This document shows positions 25,201 to 37,236 of a DNA stretch of 64,000 nucleotides, piece after piece (the first letter of the stretch is position 1; the number at the start of each line of letters is the position of its first letter). The stretch spans positions 18,532,024 through 18,596,023 of the forward strand of contig NC_085845.1 of NCBI RefSeq assembly GCF_035594765.1, given 5' to 3'. The position numbers and the translations under genes are program-made. A model generated the notes under the pieces. That model was not told the DNA's origin. It was given only the letters and a program-made list of their open reading frames with translations, and did no database searches. Source of the DNA: Anolis carolinensis (taxonomy: Eukaryota).

Positions 25201-28200
25201 TCCTGTTCATATTGCTGTACTTTGGGGGGGGGGGGGGGGAGCCACTTCAGAAACTTTTTTTCAGGAGCTTCTTTTCTCCATTGCACAAAATGCTAATAAT
25301 TAAAGACTGATTGGTTTCCTATATTTGGAAGTGTTTTTTATTTATTCAAAAATCTTCTGTAACACTAACAACTATCATATTTTTTTCGATTATAAGATGC
25401 CATTGATTGTAATTTCAGTATCACCAACAGAAGAAATGCTTTATATATAAGAATAGTATCTGTGAATCTAGGCTTTATGGACTCCCAAAAATCCATAAGG
25501 ACTCCGCCCCACTGAGACCCATCATGAGTGCCATTGGATTGCCCACATACGATTTGGCAAACTTTCTGGCTGCACAGCTACAAACCCATATTGGGCTCAC
25601 TATGCACTACATCAAGGACTCAGCCCACTTCCTAGAAAAAATCAGCAACGTCAAGCTCAGCACCAATAACATACTGATCAGCTTCAATGTGGTATCTCTA
25701 TTTACTAAGGTCCCAGTAGCAAACACCATTGCACTAATCAACCAGAATTTCCCAGAAGACATCACAGCCCTGTTTCACTATTGCCTCACCACAAGCAACT
25801 TCCAGTGGGACAAGGAATTCTATGAACAGAAAGATGGAGTCGCCATAGGGAGCCCTCTCAGCCTGGTCATAGCAAATTTCTACATGGAACACTTTGAGAA
25901 ACAAGCCCTGAAAACAACACCAAAAAAAAACACCCACTGTATGGTTCAGATTTTTGGATGACACTTTCACCATCTGGAGCCATGGAGCAGAAGAACGAAA
26001 CAAGTTCCTGGACCATCTCAACAGCATCCACCCAAACATCCAATTCACCATGGAAAAAGAAAAGGAAGGAAAACTGCCATTTCTAGATTTCTTAGTCATC
26101 CGTAAACCCAGTCAACAATTGGGCCACACAGTTTACAGAAAACCTACACACACGGATAGATACCTACATGAAAACTCCAACCATCACCCAAGTAAAAACA
26201 CAATTAAAGCCCTGGCAGATTGTGCAAAAAGAATCTGCGAACCCCACCTCCTCCAAGGGGAACTGAATCACCTAAACTGGGTGTCAGCTGTGGTCATCTC
26301 TATTTTCTGAATAAAGCTATAAACCAGAGCTTTCTAAGCTATTTGCTACAACACATTACTGTGTCAGCTGCAGTGTATAGGCGTGTCACTCAAATGTAAC
26401 AAAAAAGCTATGTGAAAAAAGCAATACCAACTTGCATGCATTTTTATGTAGCAAGAGTGTTTAGTAGTATTAGTAATATTAGTACTGGTAACATATTGTT
26501 ACTCATAAATGATGAAACACTTGGAAATCTATGTTATTCTCCTACAAATCATACATTTTAAAAATATACATAAAAGGTTTTCATGAGATGTGTTGTGTCC
26601 CCATATATTTTGGTTTAACCTCTGGTTTGCTAATAAAACTGAATTACTGTGTTGTGAAATTATGCATGTCTAAAAAATGTGTCGTCAACATGAAAAGTTT
26701 GGAAAGCTCACTTATAAACCTTTGAGAACTTTTTTTTTCTAAACTAAATAGAGTCAGCCTGAACCTTACAGGTAAAGATTTGAACCACTGTCTTCCAGAA
26801 TCCTAGTCCAACATTCAAGGCACTGCATCACACTGCTTTGCAAACCATTTAAATTGTTATTTAAAAAGTTGTAAGCACATTATTTTCTCCCTCTACAGAA
26901 TCCAGAATCATTTCCCGTTTCCCTTTGTTCATTTCCTTTTGTTTACAATCTACTGACCAAGATGGAGATTTTTGCCATGGAGACCATTTTCAATCAAGAG
27001 GTAAGTTACCCTGGGATTTCAGCAAGACTTCTGCAAAAATTTGTATTACATATTTTTGGAGCAGGGAGGGGCACAGCATTTTTGGTACTATTTCATCTAA
27101 AAAATAAGCTGTTTTCTCTACAGAAAGACAACATACACAGTTTGCACACAATAAGTTCCAAACTGCAAAAATTGTCCTCGGCAGGATTCCCTTCTTCTTT
27201 CTTATCAACCACTCAAAAAACAATTTTCTACTTTTAGAAATATTTTCAAATGCTGTTTCCATATCTGCTCTCACCTCCCCAAGTTCACAGTTTGCCTGCC
27301 AAGTGCAAATCCCTTGCAGTCTTTTCCATAAGTTTCTCTTGTCACTTTAAAACAATATTGAACTACATTTCCTCCCAGATCTTCTTTAACCAATAGTGTG
27401 TATGTGAAGTCCTAATGTGTGTGATTTCTATCTATCTATCTGGGATTGCAGACAATTTAGACAGAGGAAAATGAATTGTAAACCGTTCTGGCATCACTTT
27501 CTAATAAAGTTGGACAGAGCTTGGGAAAACTACTTTTTGGGTTGCCCTGCAAGCCATCTAACTTAGATAGGAATTCTAGAAGTTGTAGTTCAGAAAATTA
27601 ATGTCTTCAAGCTCTGAAGATGGGGTTGCAGTCCATAAAGCTCATGCTACAATAGTTCTCTAAGTGTATTATAGCAGGAACAATGAAGATTCCCATTGCA
27701 CCTTAAAAACTTAACTTGCCTGTTCCTTTGGAAATCTCTCCTTGTATTTCTCCAGTGCATGAAGGTTGGTGCCCATCATGAAATCATGCTGAATCGAATG
27801 CAGAGAAGCAGTGAACTCCCCAAGTTGCCCGTCTTTCTTTTGAGGGTGCAGCGCCAGAATCTTGTCGAAAACACTTTGCACAAACTGAGTCATGTGGAGG
27901 ATATCTCTCTCAAGATGCAATTGTTGGTAAGTTGATGGAAAACAGGTCTTATTATGAAATGTTGCATGACATCAATCTTTAGAACTGGATTAACAATTAG
28001 GCTGTAATCCATATTCCCCCAACCCCCATGGTACAAGCATCCGTCTCACAAACGGCTTATAGTTAAGAACGGGAATGAGACAACAGGAAGTGAGAGAAAT
28101 CTACCCCTCAGAAGGAAAATTAACTCCTAAGAGTCATCATGGGGGGAAGTTGTCTCCACTGAAGCTTTATCACCAATCCTTGATTCCACAAAAAGTCACA

Positions 28201-31200
28201 TTTTTCAAAATACAATTATCACATGGACAGAAAGTGAGGTGAAATCTGCTGAACGGGGCACAGACAGAAAAGCAAACAACACGGGTGCTATTTTTTCCCT
28301 ATGCTATCCAATGCTACAGAAAATTATGGCTGGAGTTACACTTTAAAAATGTACCTGTTTCAACTTACAAATTCAGCTTAAGAGCAAACCTACAGATTCT
28401 TTATTGTTTGTTGTAATTTGGGGACTGCCTGTACTGTCTTGAATTTTCCTCAAGCAGAAAGGTAGAATATTATTTTAATTCCTGCATGCTTGCATGCATA
28501 CTACTTAGTTTTGCTCAGCAGGCTTTGAACTAAGTAGACCTCAATAATTTGCATTATGAATTACACTTGTGCCAGTCAGTTATGGCTTCAGAGCTGCATA
28601 CAGCTCTGTTCAAATGTGACATTTTTGCTGAAGGACCTAGAGATTTCTAGAGTGATGTTTTATTAGTTAAAAAATAGCCTTCTTATTCATGTTTTTTTCC
28701 ACTTGTGTGAGGATTCTGCATTCTTAGCTCCAGTGAATGTGAAGGGATGAGATCCTCCCTTACACATAGGCACTTTCCATGCCACTAGGAAGCAAAGGTT
28801 CTCCTTCTTTCTGTGTGGTTCAAAACACTTGTCTTTATTTTTTCCTTACAGGTTGAATTTGAAGGAGAGATGTCTAGATTTGAAGCTGGAGGGGTTCTTT
28901 TGGAATTCTTTTCACATGTTTTTGAGGATATGGTGCAGCCAGACTATGGGATGTTTATGTATCCTCACCCCAGTTCTCCAATGTGGTTTTGTACCAGGGT
29001 GAGTTTCAATGACTGGAGCTCAGTCGGATAAACTTCTAAGGTATTCAAGATTTCACCTATTACAGTTTCCTCACCTTTCAAACATGTCTGCCCCACTTTG
29101 ACCAGGATCAATCCACCGGTATCCATCCGTAAACCATACATTGGCTCACAGGTGCCTTGATCTCTTTTGCTGGCAGGACTTCATACATTTACCTCCTGTT
29201 GCCTTTTGGGTTCCCCAGCAATTTTTGGTTACTTTTGAAGACTATAATTTTTGATATCATTGTTTCATGCTTTTTGCCTTTCTTGTAGAAATTCCAAATT
29301 CTGTTGTTAGCATTCAATTCAAAATTATCTGCATCTAGTGCAGTGGTTTTTAACCTGGGGTCCCCAGATGTTTTTGGCCTTCAACTCCCAGAAATCTTAA
29401 CAGCTGGTAAACTGGCTGGGATTTCTGGGAGTTATAGGCCAAAAACATCTGGGGAACCCAGGTTGAGAACCACTAATCTAGTGGGATTGGGAGCTCAGCT
29501 TGGCTTACAACTGGGAAAGTTACCTCTTTGAATATAATTCGTGGAATTTTCAACATGATATCATTTCAAAATGCTGCCTTCTTCTAAGATTCTGGACAAA
29601 TTCTGCTGATCACAATGGACCTTACAATCCAAGAACAATTATTTGTGTTGGTCATAGGAACAGGGAACTGTTTCAAGTCATTGTCTGTATTTTTCTCTCT
29701 TGCAGAAAAAAGTATCCAAGAATAAATACTACCTTTTTGGGATCCTCTGTGGCCTTGCCATGTTCAACAGAGTCATTGCCTATGTGCCTTTCCCACTTGC
29801 TGCCTTTAAAAAACTGCTTGACAAGAAACCCACCCTTGATGACTTGAAAGAGCTGGACCCTGTACTTGGAAGGTAAATGGTTTATATTATCTCCATCAAT
29901 AAGTCTATACATCCAGCCTTCATAGCCCTAGGTCAAATAGGCCAACTAGTTCTATCTGCACAGAAGTGGGCAAAGTTCAAAACAGGTTCTGTATGCATTC
30001 TCAGTTCTTTGCTCCTATAGTAATGAGTCTTAACTTTTCTCAGATAAAATACACAAATGCATCCTAGAATCAAGGATGTGAAGAGATCCTTACTTGCTAG
30101 TTGATCCTGGAAAATGTTGGTTTGAATAGGGATTGTCCTCTTCTTTCCAATTGGAAGGAAATTCACTCCTGGAAGAATTATAATGGGAAAAATGTGTTTC
30201 CGCTGAAGCTTTCGGTCCCTGTAATAATTGGATTTTCACAACAAGCCACATAGTTCAAAATCCAATTATCACAGAGACCGAAAGTGAGGTGGAATCTTCT
30301 GAACAGGGACACAGACAACAAAACAAACACTACAGGAATGTTAACCCTTCCCTATGCTATCCAAAGGTACAAAATAAATATTTATGACTGGAGTTACACT
30401 TTAAAAATGTACCTGTTCCGACTTACATACAAATTTAACTTATGAACTAACCTACAGAACCTATCTTGTTCGTAATTTGGGGAACTTGTAACTTGTACTG
30501 GTTGAACTAGTTGTAATTGTTTTCTGTTTGTTAACTAGGAGTTTGCAGGCAGTTCTTGACTATGAATGTGATGACATTGAAGAAAACTTTCAGCTGTGCT
30601 TCTCTGTAAGTCTCTCCACAACTTTTGCCATTCTATTACCCAATTACTGTCCCCCTTCAAATGATAAACCTTTAAGTTAAGAAACTCAGTAAAATCTTTA
30701 CATCCACATAAAACTGAGGCCAGCAAGACCAAGAGATAATGAAATGTTGGGCAAGTATTTACCTGATATTTGTGTATTTATTTTAAAACAGTTCTTGTTT
30801 TCTTTTAAAGAATCCCAATTAAAACAGACACACTGACATTAAATTCTAAAAATTCTAAGAAAGAAAATATAAAATAAATTAACTCATTATTGTTCATGAT
30901 AATGACTAAATAAACATACTTGCTTTCAGTTGAGAGTAGAAAAGTCTAATGGTTAAAGTCTTTATGGTCTCAATGAAGGGACTGTTCTATATAATGCCAT
31001 ATCAGATAAGGTCCTCTTGTGTTTTAATTTATATTGCAAACCACTTCCTGAGTTCTATCTTTGAAGAAAAGTGGAATATAAATCAAATAAATAACCAAGA
31101 TAAACTAGATAGACCTCAGTAGGTTTTGATGTGACAAGCAGTCTTTCTTTGCTAGAAAAGAGTGCTATTAGTGGGACAATAACCTGAAAAGGGGTGAAGT

Positions 31201-33654
31201 GGGAAATGTTTATTTTGAAAACAAAAAAAGACATGTTATGGTTACATGGATCCTTTTCTTACTTTCCAGTGAGAATGGAATACCATTTTATAGGTTTGAA
31301 TTGTAGTGGGGTTTTTTGGTGGCACAGCTTTGACTGATGCTGTAACCATTACACGTCACTCAATCTTGAGCTGATGACCACTGTTGTCAAATTCACTGTA
31401 CATTGAAGGCTTCTTGAGATGGTTATTGTGAGTTTCAAACTGATGTCTGTACATTCTTTTTAGTGTTTTTTTTAAATCTCTTTTCAGATTTTCTGGGATG
31501 ATGTGAAGGTGGATTTAATTCCAAATGGCAATTCCATAGCTGTGAATAACAGTAACAAGTATGTACTGATGACTTCAATCCAATATCTGAAGTTCTGAGT
31601 AGATTACAGCTGTAGCTGTGTTGGGTGGCAATTATGAGAGTTATGGTACCAAACATCTGGAGGGCACCCCACGTTGGAGGAGATTGAGCTAAAAACCAAT
31701 TCAGAAATATGGGAAAGAGAAGAATGGTATGGCAAGATGTGTGTTTAAGTCGAGTGTAAACTATCCAAACTTCTTCTGTCTGTTTTTTTTTTAATTTCTC
31801 CTAACTTCTAAAACAATATTTCATTCTCCTCTTTCATCCATTCAGATGTTTAGGGTTGCTGAATATCATGCACCATAATGCTAGGAATGTTAATTTTAGA
31901 AGACCCTAAAATATATTTCTGGCAAAGAAAGTGTATTACTATTAAGCAACTTTTTCAAACCAGACTAACATATATGAGAAAGTTGTAGTGCTGTTTGAGT
32001 TGGACTAATAAGACCTGAATTCCACTCTTGATAAATATGGAAACCTACCAATTTACATTTAAGTTGAGAGGGTTTTAAAAAACAAAACAAAAAAAACAAT
32101 GGGGTTCATCATATTTTCAGAGCAAACTATTATTTTTCACTTATCTTGCTTTACAGGAAGGATTTTGTCAACAAATATGTGGATTATATTTTCAATATAT
32201 CTGTAAATGAAGTTTTTGGAGAATTCAAGAGAGGGTTTTACAAAGTCCTTGACAAATGCATAATTGACTTCTTCGAGCCTCCAGAACTAATGGAATTAGC
32301 GATTGGAAATGCAAACTATGACTGGGAATTGTACGAAAAGGTTGGTGATGGGCAACGTGAATTTCCTGTCTTGATCAGAGTGGGTAACCTGAATGGCTAA
32401 GGGCTACTTGCACATCATGACTATTGCTGAGCAGGATGGTGGATGTGGCTAGAAGTCATAATCCCCAACTCAGTTGAATCGAATTTCCTTTTGCAAGGTG
32501 TCCATCTGGATTATACATCTGCATTGAGGATACACTTGTTAGTAGTCAAGATCCAAGAAGCATGTTGATGGAGTGTAAGCTTATGTGAGTGCATTTTTGC
32601 CATCACTTAGAGCAGGGGTATTTCTTTTGCCCTCTAAATGTTTGGACCTCCAACTCCCAGTCCAAAACAGTTTGTCAAATGATCAGGAATTCTGGGACTT
32701 AAAGTCCAAAACACCTAGAGGACCGCAAGCTTGATACTCTTTCATTCACATGAGTGCATGCCCTTTCTACTCTTCGAGCATGCACACCTTTCCTTTCGAT
32801 TACACATAGTGTCCTTTTACACTACACTGCTTTAAGGCTATAGTTCAATTTTAACTGCTGTGGCAATATCCTAGGAATCCTGGGTTTTGTAGTTTAGGGA
32901 AGACAACTTAGAATTCTCCACCAGAGCATTCTAGTGCCTTACTGAATCACTCTTCTCATAGATTTTCCTTCTTTTGCTTACTTGTAGTGTTTGGGTGGCT
33001 GTAAAGACCAATAGTTTTGCATGAGGAGGATAGTGTGTAGAGAATTTAATTCATGTGCACCTTTTCTCATAACATCCCTGCTTAGCTCCTGTTCGTCTGC
33101 TGTGTCTTGCAGTGATGGGGACTTGAGGGCTTGGGTGCCAGGACATAAGCAAGGTCTCCAAGAGCCCAATGCAAACTAAAGGTTCCCCAAAGTTTGGAAA
33201 ATTTATTTCTTGGACAGTACTTTCCAGAATTCCCCAGTATAGCCATAGATAGCATGAACTTCTTGCACTTGTAGTATAATAATTTAGTTTATGCTCTGAG
33301 GTTTCCCATGAGGATTTTGTGGCGTGATCACTACCTCCCTTCTGAATGTCACTTTTGCATCTTTTCATTTGTCTGATTAAAGTGTTTTGTTCTATTTTAT
33401 TTTGTTTCAAAGAATGCTGTGTACTGGGGAATATATAGTCCAACACACCCTACCATTAAAATGTTCTGGAAGGTTTTCCATGAGCTACCTTTGACTGACA
33501 AAAAATCCTTCTTGTGTAAGTATCCTATCCATAAACCAGTTTTTAAAAATCATTTTCCAAGAGGTCATGTTGGACCGTCTCTGTCTTCAGAATGAACTAG
33601 CACAAAAGACACTTGAAATCCTGAAGGATAACCTCAGAAGTCCAAAGAAATACT

Positions 33655-33695
<41 letters not shown>

Positions 33696-34633
33696 CAGAC
33701 AGATAGATCTCTGCTATTTTAATTGCAGCCCTGAACTTCAGCAATGCATAGGACTGAGGTAAAACCAGTTCTTTCCAAAAAATGAATCATCTGAAAGTAT
33801 TAATACTTATTTGATCAGAGACCAAAAACGCTAATTGTTTAGATGTAAAATTCCCAGAATTATGGGATCGGTAATAAAAAATAAACCTTCCAAATTATGT
33901 AGTCAGTTGTATAAAAATATTTTTGGAACTGGAAAGTTCTTATATATTTAAAGAATAATATGTTTGTTCCACTCTTCCTCCAAAGAGGATTGTGAAATCT
34001 TGTGTGTGGAGTTCTCACACTTTTCCAAATTAAGTTAGCCAAGTGTGGCCGATTAAGTTCCTTATATGGTGGTCGATATGGACATGTGCCATTACATCTA
34101 CTTCAAGAAACTTCTAGTTTTGAGTGGCTCCAAGGATATAGGGAATTTGAAATCCTTTAATACTTATAAAAAATGACATGAAAATCTCATCCTGTAGTAC
34201 AGTAACATATAGCCAGGAGATATGTATGAACAAAAAGCCTGTGCATATCATTGGAAAGAGAAAGAAAGACCCTTAGAGCTAATCCCACTAATTTAGGCAT
34301 TTCATTTTGTCCCACTTGGGATTTATATCACACATATTTCTGGGTTATCTGAATATTTCCTACCTCTGCACAAAACCTAACCAATCCCTTTCTCTTCATC
34401 ATCTAGTATTTGTTGCAGGAACGGACCGGGTCCCTCCGATGGGAATGAATTCCTTGAGGATAACAATTCACTCACACCGGTCTCTTTCAGAAGATCATAT
34501 CCCTGAAGCTCAGATCTGTTTTCATCTTTTACTCCTGCCACCTTTTTCTACAATTGGAAAACTCAAGGAGAAACTACAACAGGCCATTGAGAACAATCGA
34601 GGCTTTGGCAAACAGGAAAATGAAAATGTCTGA
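9321..34633 (+). CDS. HERC6: HERC6-like E3 ubiquitin/ISG15 ligase (RCC1-like domain + spacer + HECT); whole-gene span, 23 coding exons, 1047 aa
   Basis: 23 GT-AG exons join in frame (3144 nt incl. TGA). N-terminus MLYCWG...[10 protein letters not shown]...[13 protein letters not shown]...[18 protein letters not shown] closely resembles human HERC6 as recalled. C-terminal HECT ends ...[13 protein letters not shown]...AIENNRGFG. Synteny with a HERC5-like gene and PIGY. Confidence 0.9.
9661..9868. mobile_element. Short inverted Penelope pLTR insertion with 13-bp TSD
   Basis: TACATGTTAAACT at 9648-9660 and 9869-9881; 84-bp inverted arms. Confidence 0.88.
10770..10853. promoter_or_regulatory. Intronic interferon-response cluster: two ISREs and an AP-1 site
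   Basis: GGTTTCGGTTTCC 10770-10782, TGAGTCA 10824-10830, AGTTTCAGTTTCC 10841-10853; HERC6 is an established ISG. Confidence 0.7.
11045..11190 (-). mobile_element. Degenerate 5S rRNA-derived SINE
   Basis: Minus strand reads GAAGCTAA..GGGT..CCTGGTTAGTA...GGGAGAC, similar to the 5S internal promoter region. Confidence 0.55.
11231..11699. mobile_element. Non-autonomous hAT transposon
   Basis: TIRs (T)AGTGGTTCCCAACC / GGTTGGGAACCACTG; 8-bp TSD GTCTAGAA/GTCTAGGA. Confidence 0.8.
12097..12253 (+). CDS. HERC6: HERC6 exon 2
   Basis: [42 protein letters not shown]; AG/GT; phases match neighbours. Confidence 0.92.
12510..12586 (+). CDS. HERC6: HERC6 exon 3
   Basis: [25 protein letters not shown]; 77 nt. 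Confidence 0.9.
12935..13040 (+). mobile_element. Penelope pLTR fragment
   Basis: Same sequence as the other pLTR copies; hammerhead motif mutated. Confidence 0.8.
13759..13986 (+). CDS. HERC6: HERC6 exon 4
   Basis: [17 protein letters not shown]...[19 protein letters not shown]. Confidence 0.93.
14620..14714 (+). CDS. HERC6: HERC6 exon 5
   Basis: [31 protein letters not shown]. Confidence 0.9.
15148..15522 (+). mobile_element. Sauria SINE with internal (TAA)n and duplicated tail
   Basis: tRNA-like head and (ACCTTT)n tail; multiple copies in the window. Confidence 0.88.
15809..15939 (+). CDS. HERC6: HERC6 exon 6
   Basis: [16 protein letters not shown]...[18 protein letters not shown]. Confidence 0.9.
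16587..16732 (+). CDS. HERC6: HERC6 exon 7
   Basis: [20 protein letters not shown]...NISALVSPN. Confidence 0.88.
17490..19252 (+). mobile_element. Non-autonomous Helitron with captured cargo
   Basis: Starts A|TCTATATATATAAAA; ends with hairpin GCCACAGCAACGCGTGGC then CTAG|T; AT target and no TSD. Confidence 0.78.
18129..18436. mobile_element. Tc1/mariner-type MITE (CAGTAGAGTCTCACTTATCCAA TIR, TA TSD)
   Basis: TIRs visible at both ends; partial copies at about 14287 and 18578. Confidence 0.88.
20196..20269 (+). CDS. HERC6: HERC6 exon 8
   Basis: [24 protein letters not shown]. Confidence 0.88.
21190..21317 (+). CDS. HERC6: HERC6 exon 9
   Basis: [28 protein letters not shown]...RQNAK. Confidence 0.82.
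22281..22340 (+). CDS. HERC6: HERC6 exon 10
   Basis: [19 protein letters not shown]; 60 nt. Confidence 0.9.
22477..22573 (+). CDS. HERC6: HERC6 exon 11
   Basis: [32 protein letters not shown]. Confidence 0.85.
23923..24112 (+). CDS. HERC6: HERC6 exon 12
   Basis: [32 protein letters not shown]. Confidence 0.9.
24380..24531 (+). CDS. HERC6: HERC6 exon 13
   Basis: [18 protein letters not shown]...[10 protein letters not shown]. Confidence 0.9.
24615..24731 (+). CDS. HERC6: HERC6 exon 14
   Basis: [19 protein letters not shown]...; follows an 83-nt intron. Confidence 0.85.
25468..26280 (+). mobile_element. Penelope-like reverse transcriptase fragment (frameshifted)
   Basis: [54 protein letters not shown]. 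Confidence 0.92.
26899..27000 (+). CDS. HERC6: HERC6 exon 15
   Basis: [25 protein letters not shown]. Confidence 0.87.
27756..27926 (+). CDS. HERC6: HERC6 exon 16 (pre-HECT)
   Basis: ...[33 protein letters not shown]. Confidence 0.9.
28032..28431. mobile_element. Non-autonomous Tigger/mariner-like DNA element
   Basis: Ends GGGGACTGCCTG|TA; homologous partial copy at about 30140-30485. Confidence 0.6.
28852..28998 (+). CDS. HERC6: HERC6 exon 17 (HECT N-lobe)
   Basis: VEFEGE...AGGVLLEFF...PDYGMF. Confidence 0.93.
29341..29475. mobile_element. Palindromic hAT MITE
   Basis: Perfect 8-bp TSD ATCTAGTG; related copy at 51838-51972. Confidence 0.88.
29706..29872 (+). CDS. HERC6: HERC6 exon 18 (HECT)
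   Basis: [14 protein letters not shown]...[25 protein letters not shown]. Confidence 0.93.
30539..30605 (+). CDS. HERC6: HERC6 exon 19 (HECT)
   Basis: [22 protein letters not shown]. Confidence 0.9.
31488..31558 (+). CDS. HERC6: HERC6 exon 20 (HECT)
   Basis: [23 protein letters not shown]. Confidence 0.9.
32157..32340 (+). CDS. HERC6: HERC6 exon 21 (HECT)
   Basis: [13 protein letters not shown]...FKRGF...[18 protein letters not shown]. Confidence 0.93.
33413..33515 (+). CDS. HERC6: HERC6 exon 22 (HECT C-lobe)
   Basis: [34 protein letters not shown]. Confidence 0.92.
33655..33707. repeat. (AGAT)n microsatellite
   Basis: Directly visible. Confidence 0.95.
34407..34633 (+). CDS. HERC6: HERC6 exon 23 (catalytic Cys, stop)
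   Basis: FVAGTDRVP...[17 protein letters not shown]...[14 protein letters not shown]; Cys codon 34517-34519. Confidence 0.92.
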
Positions 34634-34879
34634 AATGGAAATTATCTTAGTTTGACAGTTCTTAACAAACCTATACTTATTCTTAACAAACCCATACTGG
34701 CTCATCCTGATCACTGTATTGTCATCAAGATACTTACAGACAGACTCCTGTATATTCTGATTTTTCTTGATATTGAGGGTCTAGCAGACTAGTTGTAGTT
34801 TTCTGAATCATCTTGTCTTCTTTTGAAGAGAAGGACAAAAATTTGTTCATCTGCTACAATTTTATCTCCTAAAAGCTGA

Positions 34880-34885
34880 AATAAA
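34880..34885 (+). terminator. Candidate polyadenylation signal of HERC6
   Basis: AATAAA about 250 nt after the stop, followed by a T-rich tract. Confidence 0.5.
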
Positions 34886-34978
34886 CTTCCTAGCTTTTTT
34901 GCTTTTAAAATTCCTTTCCCAATTCCCTTTTAAAAAAATTTTCTGGAGATTTTTTTTGTTGCTAAAAACCATCTAATA

Positions 34979-36099
34979 TGTTGCAGCCTGGTCAGATTCT
35001 GGGATAGATTCAGAGAGCCCAGAGGTGGATAGAAGTGGTCTAGAGACAGTTGTTTTGAAATCTCCTGGCAGTTCCCATGGGGCCGGAAAAAGCGATATAT
35101 AAGTTCTCGTGAGAACCTGCCAGAAGTGCAGGCTGAGAGAAATGTGGAAGATGAATGTTTGTCTAGATCAAGGTACTTGGAATTGCGGAGACAGGGCATG
35201 CAACAAAGACAGACTTGCTTTTCCCAGGGATAAGGAGAAGAAAAGCAGGTGTGTGAGAAATGATGTTATGGGAGGGATTGAGGCCTTTTAAAGTGAATCC
35301 TGCTGGTACAATCCTTTGTGAGAGCAACATTGTATTCAGGCGAACAGCTCTTGGTTTTTGGTCCTATGTGCTTGGAATTCATGCATTCAAGTTTTTACTT
35401 TGTTCTTGCTTCTAGTTCATGTGTGATATAGGTTGCCTGTCTTGGATTCATGCTATCTTGTTTATGGATATATTTGTGGATTGACTCTGGAGACTGTATG
35501 TGAAAGGATTTTAAACTCTCAGCTATCTTGAAAATAACCCTTTGAACTTTGATTCTCTTTTTAGAATTTGTGCATATACTGTGTTTCCCCAAAAATAAGA
35601 CAGTGTCTTATATTAATTTTTGCTCCCAGAGATGCTCTAGGTTTTATTTTCAGGGGATTCTTATTTTTCCATGGAGAAGAATTCACATTTATTGTTGAAC
35701 AAAAAAAAATTAAACATTTATTGTATACTGTACAGTAGTTGTCATCACAAACCAGCATAACCAGACAAATTGTGAATCCTATCAGGAATTTCTTGTTACT
35801 ACCATTATGTCCATGTACAACACTCTATGGTACGTACATTTACCCATCCTGCATGCTCTGGTGTTCTGTTTGGCGGGCATGCTTCCAAACAAAAACTTTG
35901 CTAGGTCTTACTTTTGGGGGAGGCCTTATATTTAGCAATTCAGCAAAACCTCTACTAGGTCTTAGTTTCTGGGGATGTCTTATTTTAGGAGAAACAGGGT
36001 ATATATATGTACTCTTCTTTAAATAAACTTCTACTTACTGGATTACCTGGATAGAGTGTGGTTTGTGGTGAAAAGATGTTTCAGGGCTCTAGCACAACA
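34979..36099 (+). mobile_element. Solo LTR interrupted by a MITE
   Basis: TGTTG...CAACA termini, 5-bp TSD TAATA, AATAAA near 36022. Confidence 0.75.
35579..35999. mobile_element. pogo/Tigger-type MITE
   Basis: TIR CTGTGTTTCCCCAAAAATAAGAC / GTCTTATTTTAGGAGAAACAGGG with TA flanks. Confidence 0.8.
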
Positions 36100-37109
36100 T
36101 AATAATTCTACATTTTCTGTGGGAATGACAGGGGCCTATTTCCTTTACAGTTGAGAATTTAGTATGTTTTGGCTTGTTGTACTGGATATTAGACTTGGTG
36201 TTAGACCAAGCTAGAGGTTAATATGTATTCTGTTGTTTCTTATATACCCACAATACCTTTCTTCTTCTGACACAAGGTACAACAGATGCAAATACAAATT
36301 TAGGCACATGAACACTACCTCTCTATTATGGATTGATTGATTAAATACAATTTAGGTATTCTGTTATTTACATTATAAATGCTTTAATAATTATGTTTTA
36401 TGATAGCTATATTATCACTGATTTATTTGGTACAGTTTAATTATTAATACTGTAATTTTTAGTGATAAACACACCTCATATTACTGGATTCACTGTTTTT
36501 ACAGTCATCTATTGCTAATACTCATGAGTATTATTTTAATTTTAAATTTACTTTTTCTTTTGTGGTTCTGTTCAAAAGCATGTTACAGTAATCCAAATGG
36601 GATACAACTAAAGCATGTACCAACATGGCCAGATCTGGCAGCGCAAGGAATGGATGTAGTTGCTACATGTTTTAATTGTGCAAAGGTCTACCTTTAATTG
36701 TGCAACAGGGAATTTGGAGACTGGCCAAGTGTCACTCATTATGGTGAGGTTCTAGGATGGCTTTTAAATTAGTGCATCCTTAAGGCAAGTTGGAATTTTG
36801 TCTTGTTCTGGCATTCACAACACTCTGCACCTACCAGGTCACCCTCTGGCCTGTGATCAGACAAGATGGGCAAAGGATCTAGAACACATCGTAGTTCTCT
36901 TGCTTCCAAGGATCCTGTCTACATCTTCAAATCGAAAAGTATCCATCAACATTGGACAAACAGGAGCCAAAGTTACATTGGAACCGTATCGGCAACAGCA
37001 TTCATTGGAATGAATCTGGGGGACTTATTCTACAAAGTGCTATTCAAATTCTTCACAACAGGTTGTTAACTTGTTGACTAGTGTGTAATAGCATCTAAAC
37101 ACCTCACAG

Positions 37110-37236
37110 GCATCAGCTCTTGTCTGATATTGGAAACTAAGTAGGGTCAGCCTTGGTTAGTATTTGGATGGGAGACCAGTGAACACCAGGTGATACTGTA
37201 GGCGATACTTTAGAAGAAGGACTGACCCAACCATTT
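37110..37236 (+). mobile_element. 5S rRNA-derived SINE head (not a 5S gene)
   Basis: TGTCTGAT.TTGGAA.CTAAG.AGGGTC...TGGTTAGTATTTGGATGGGAGACC...CTGTAGGC, followed by non-5S sequence. Confidence 0.75.

Noticed and set aside
25468-26310. Functional reverse transcriptase gene
   Set aside because: Truncated, frameshifted Penelope fragment
37110-37203. 5S rRNA gene
   Set aside because: 5' end missing, many substitutions and continues into a SINE body
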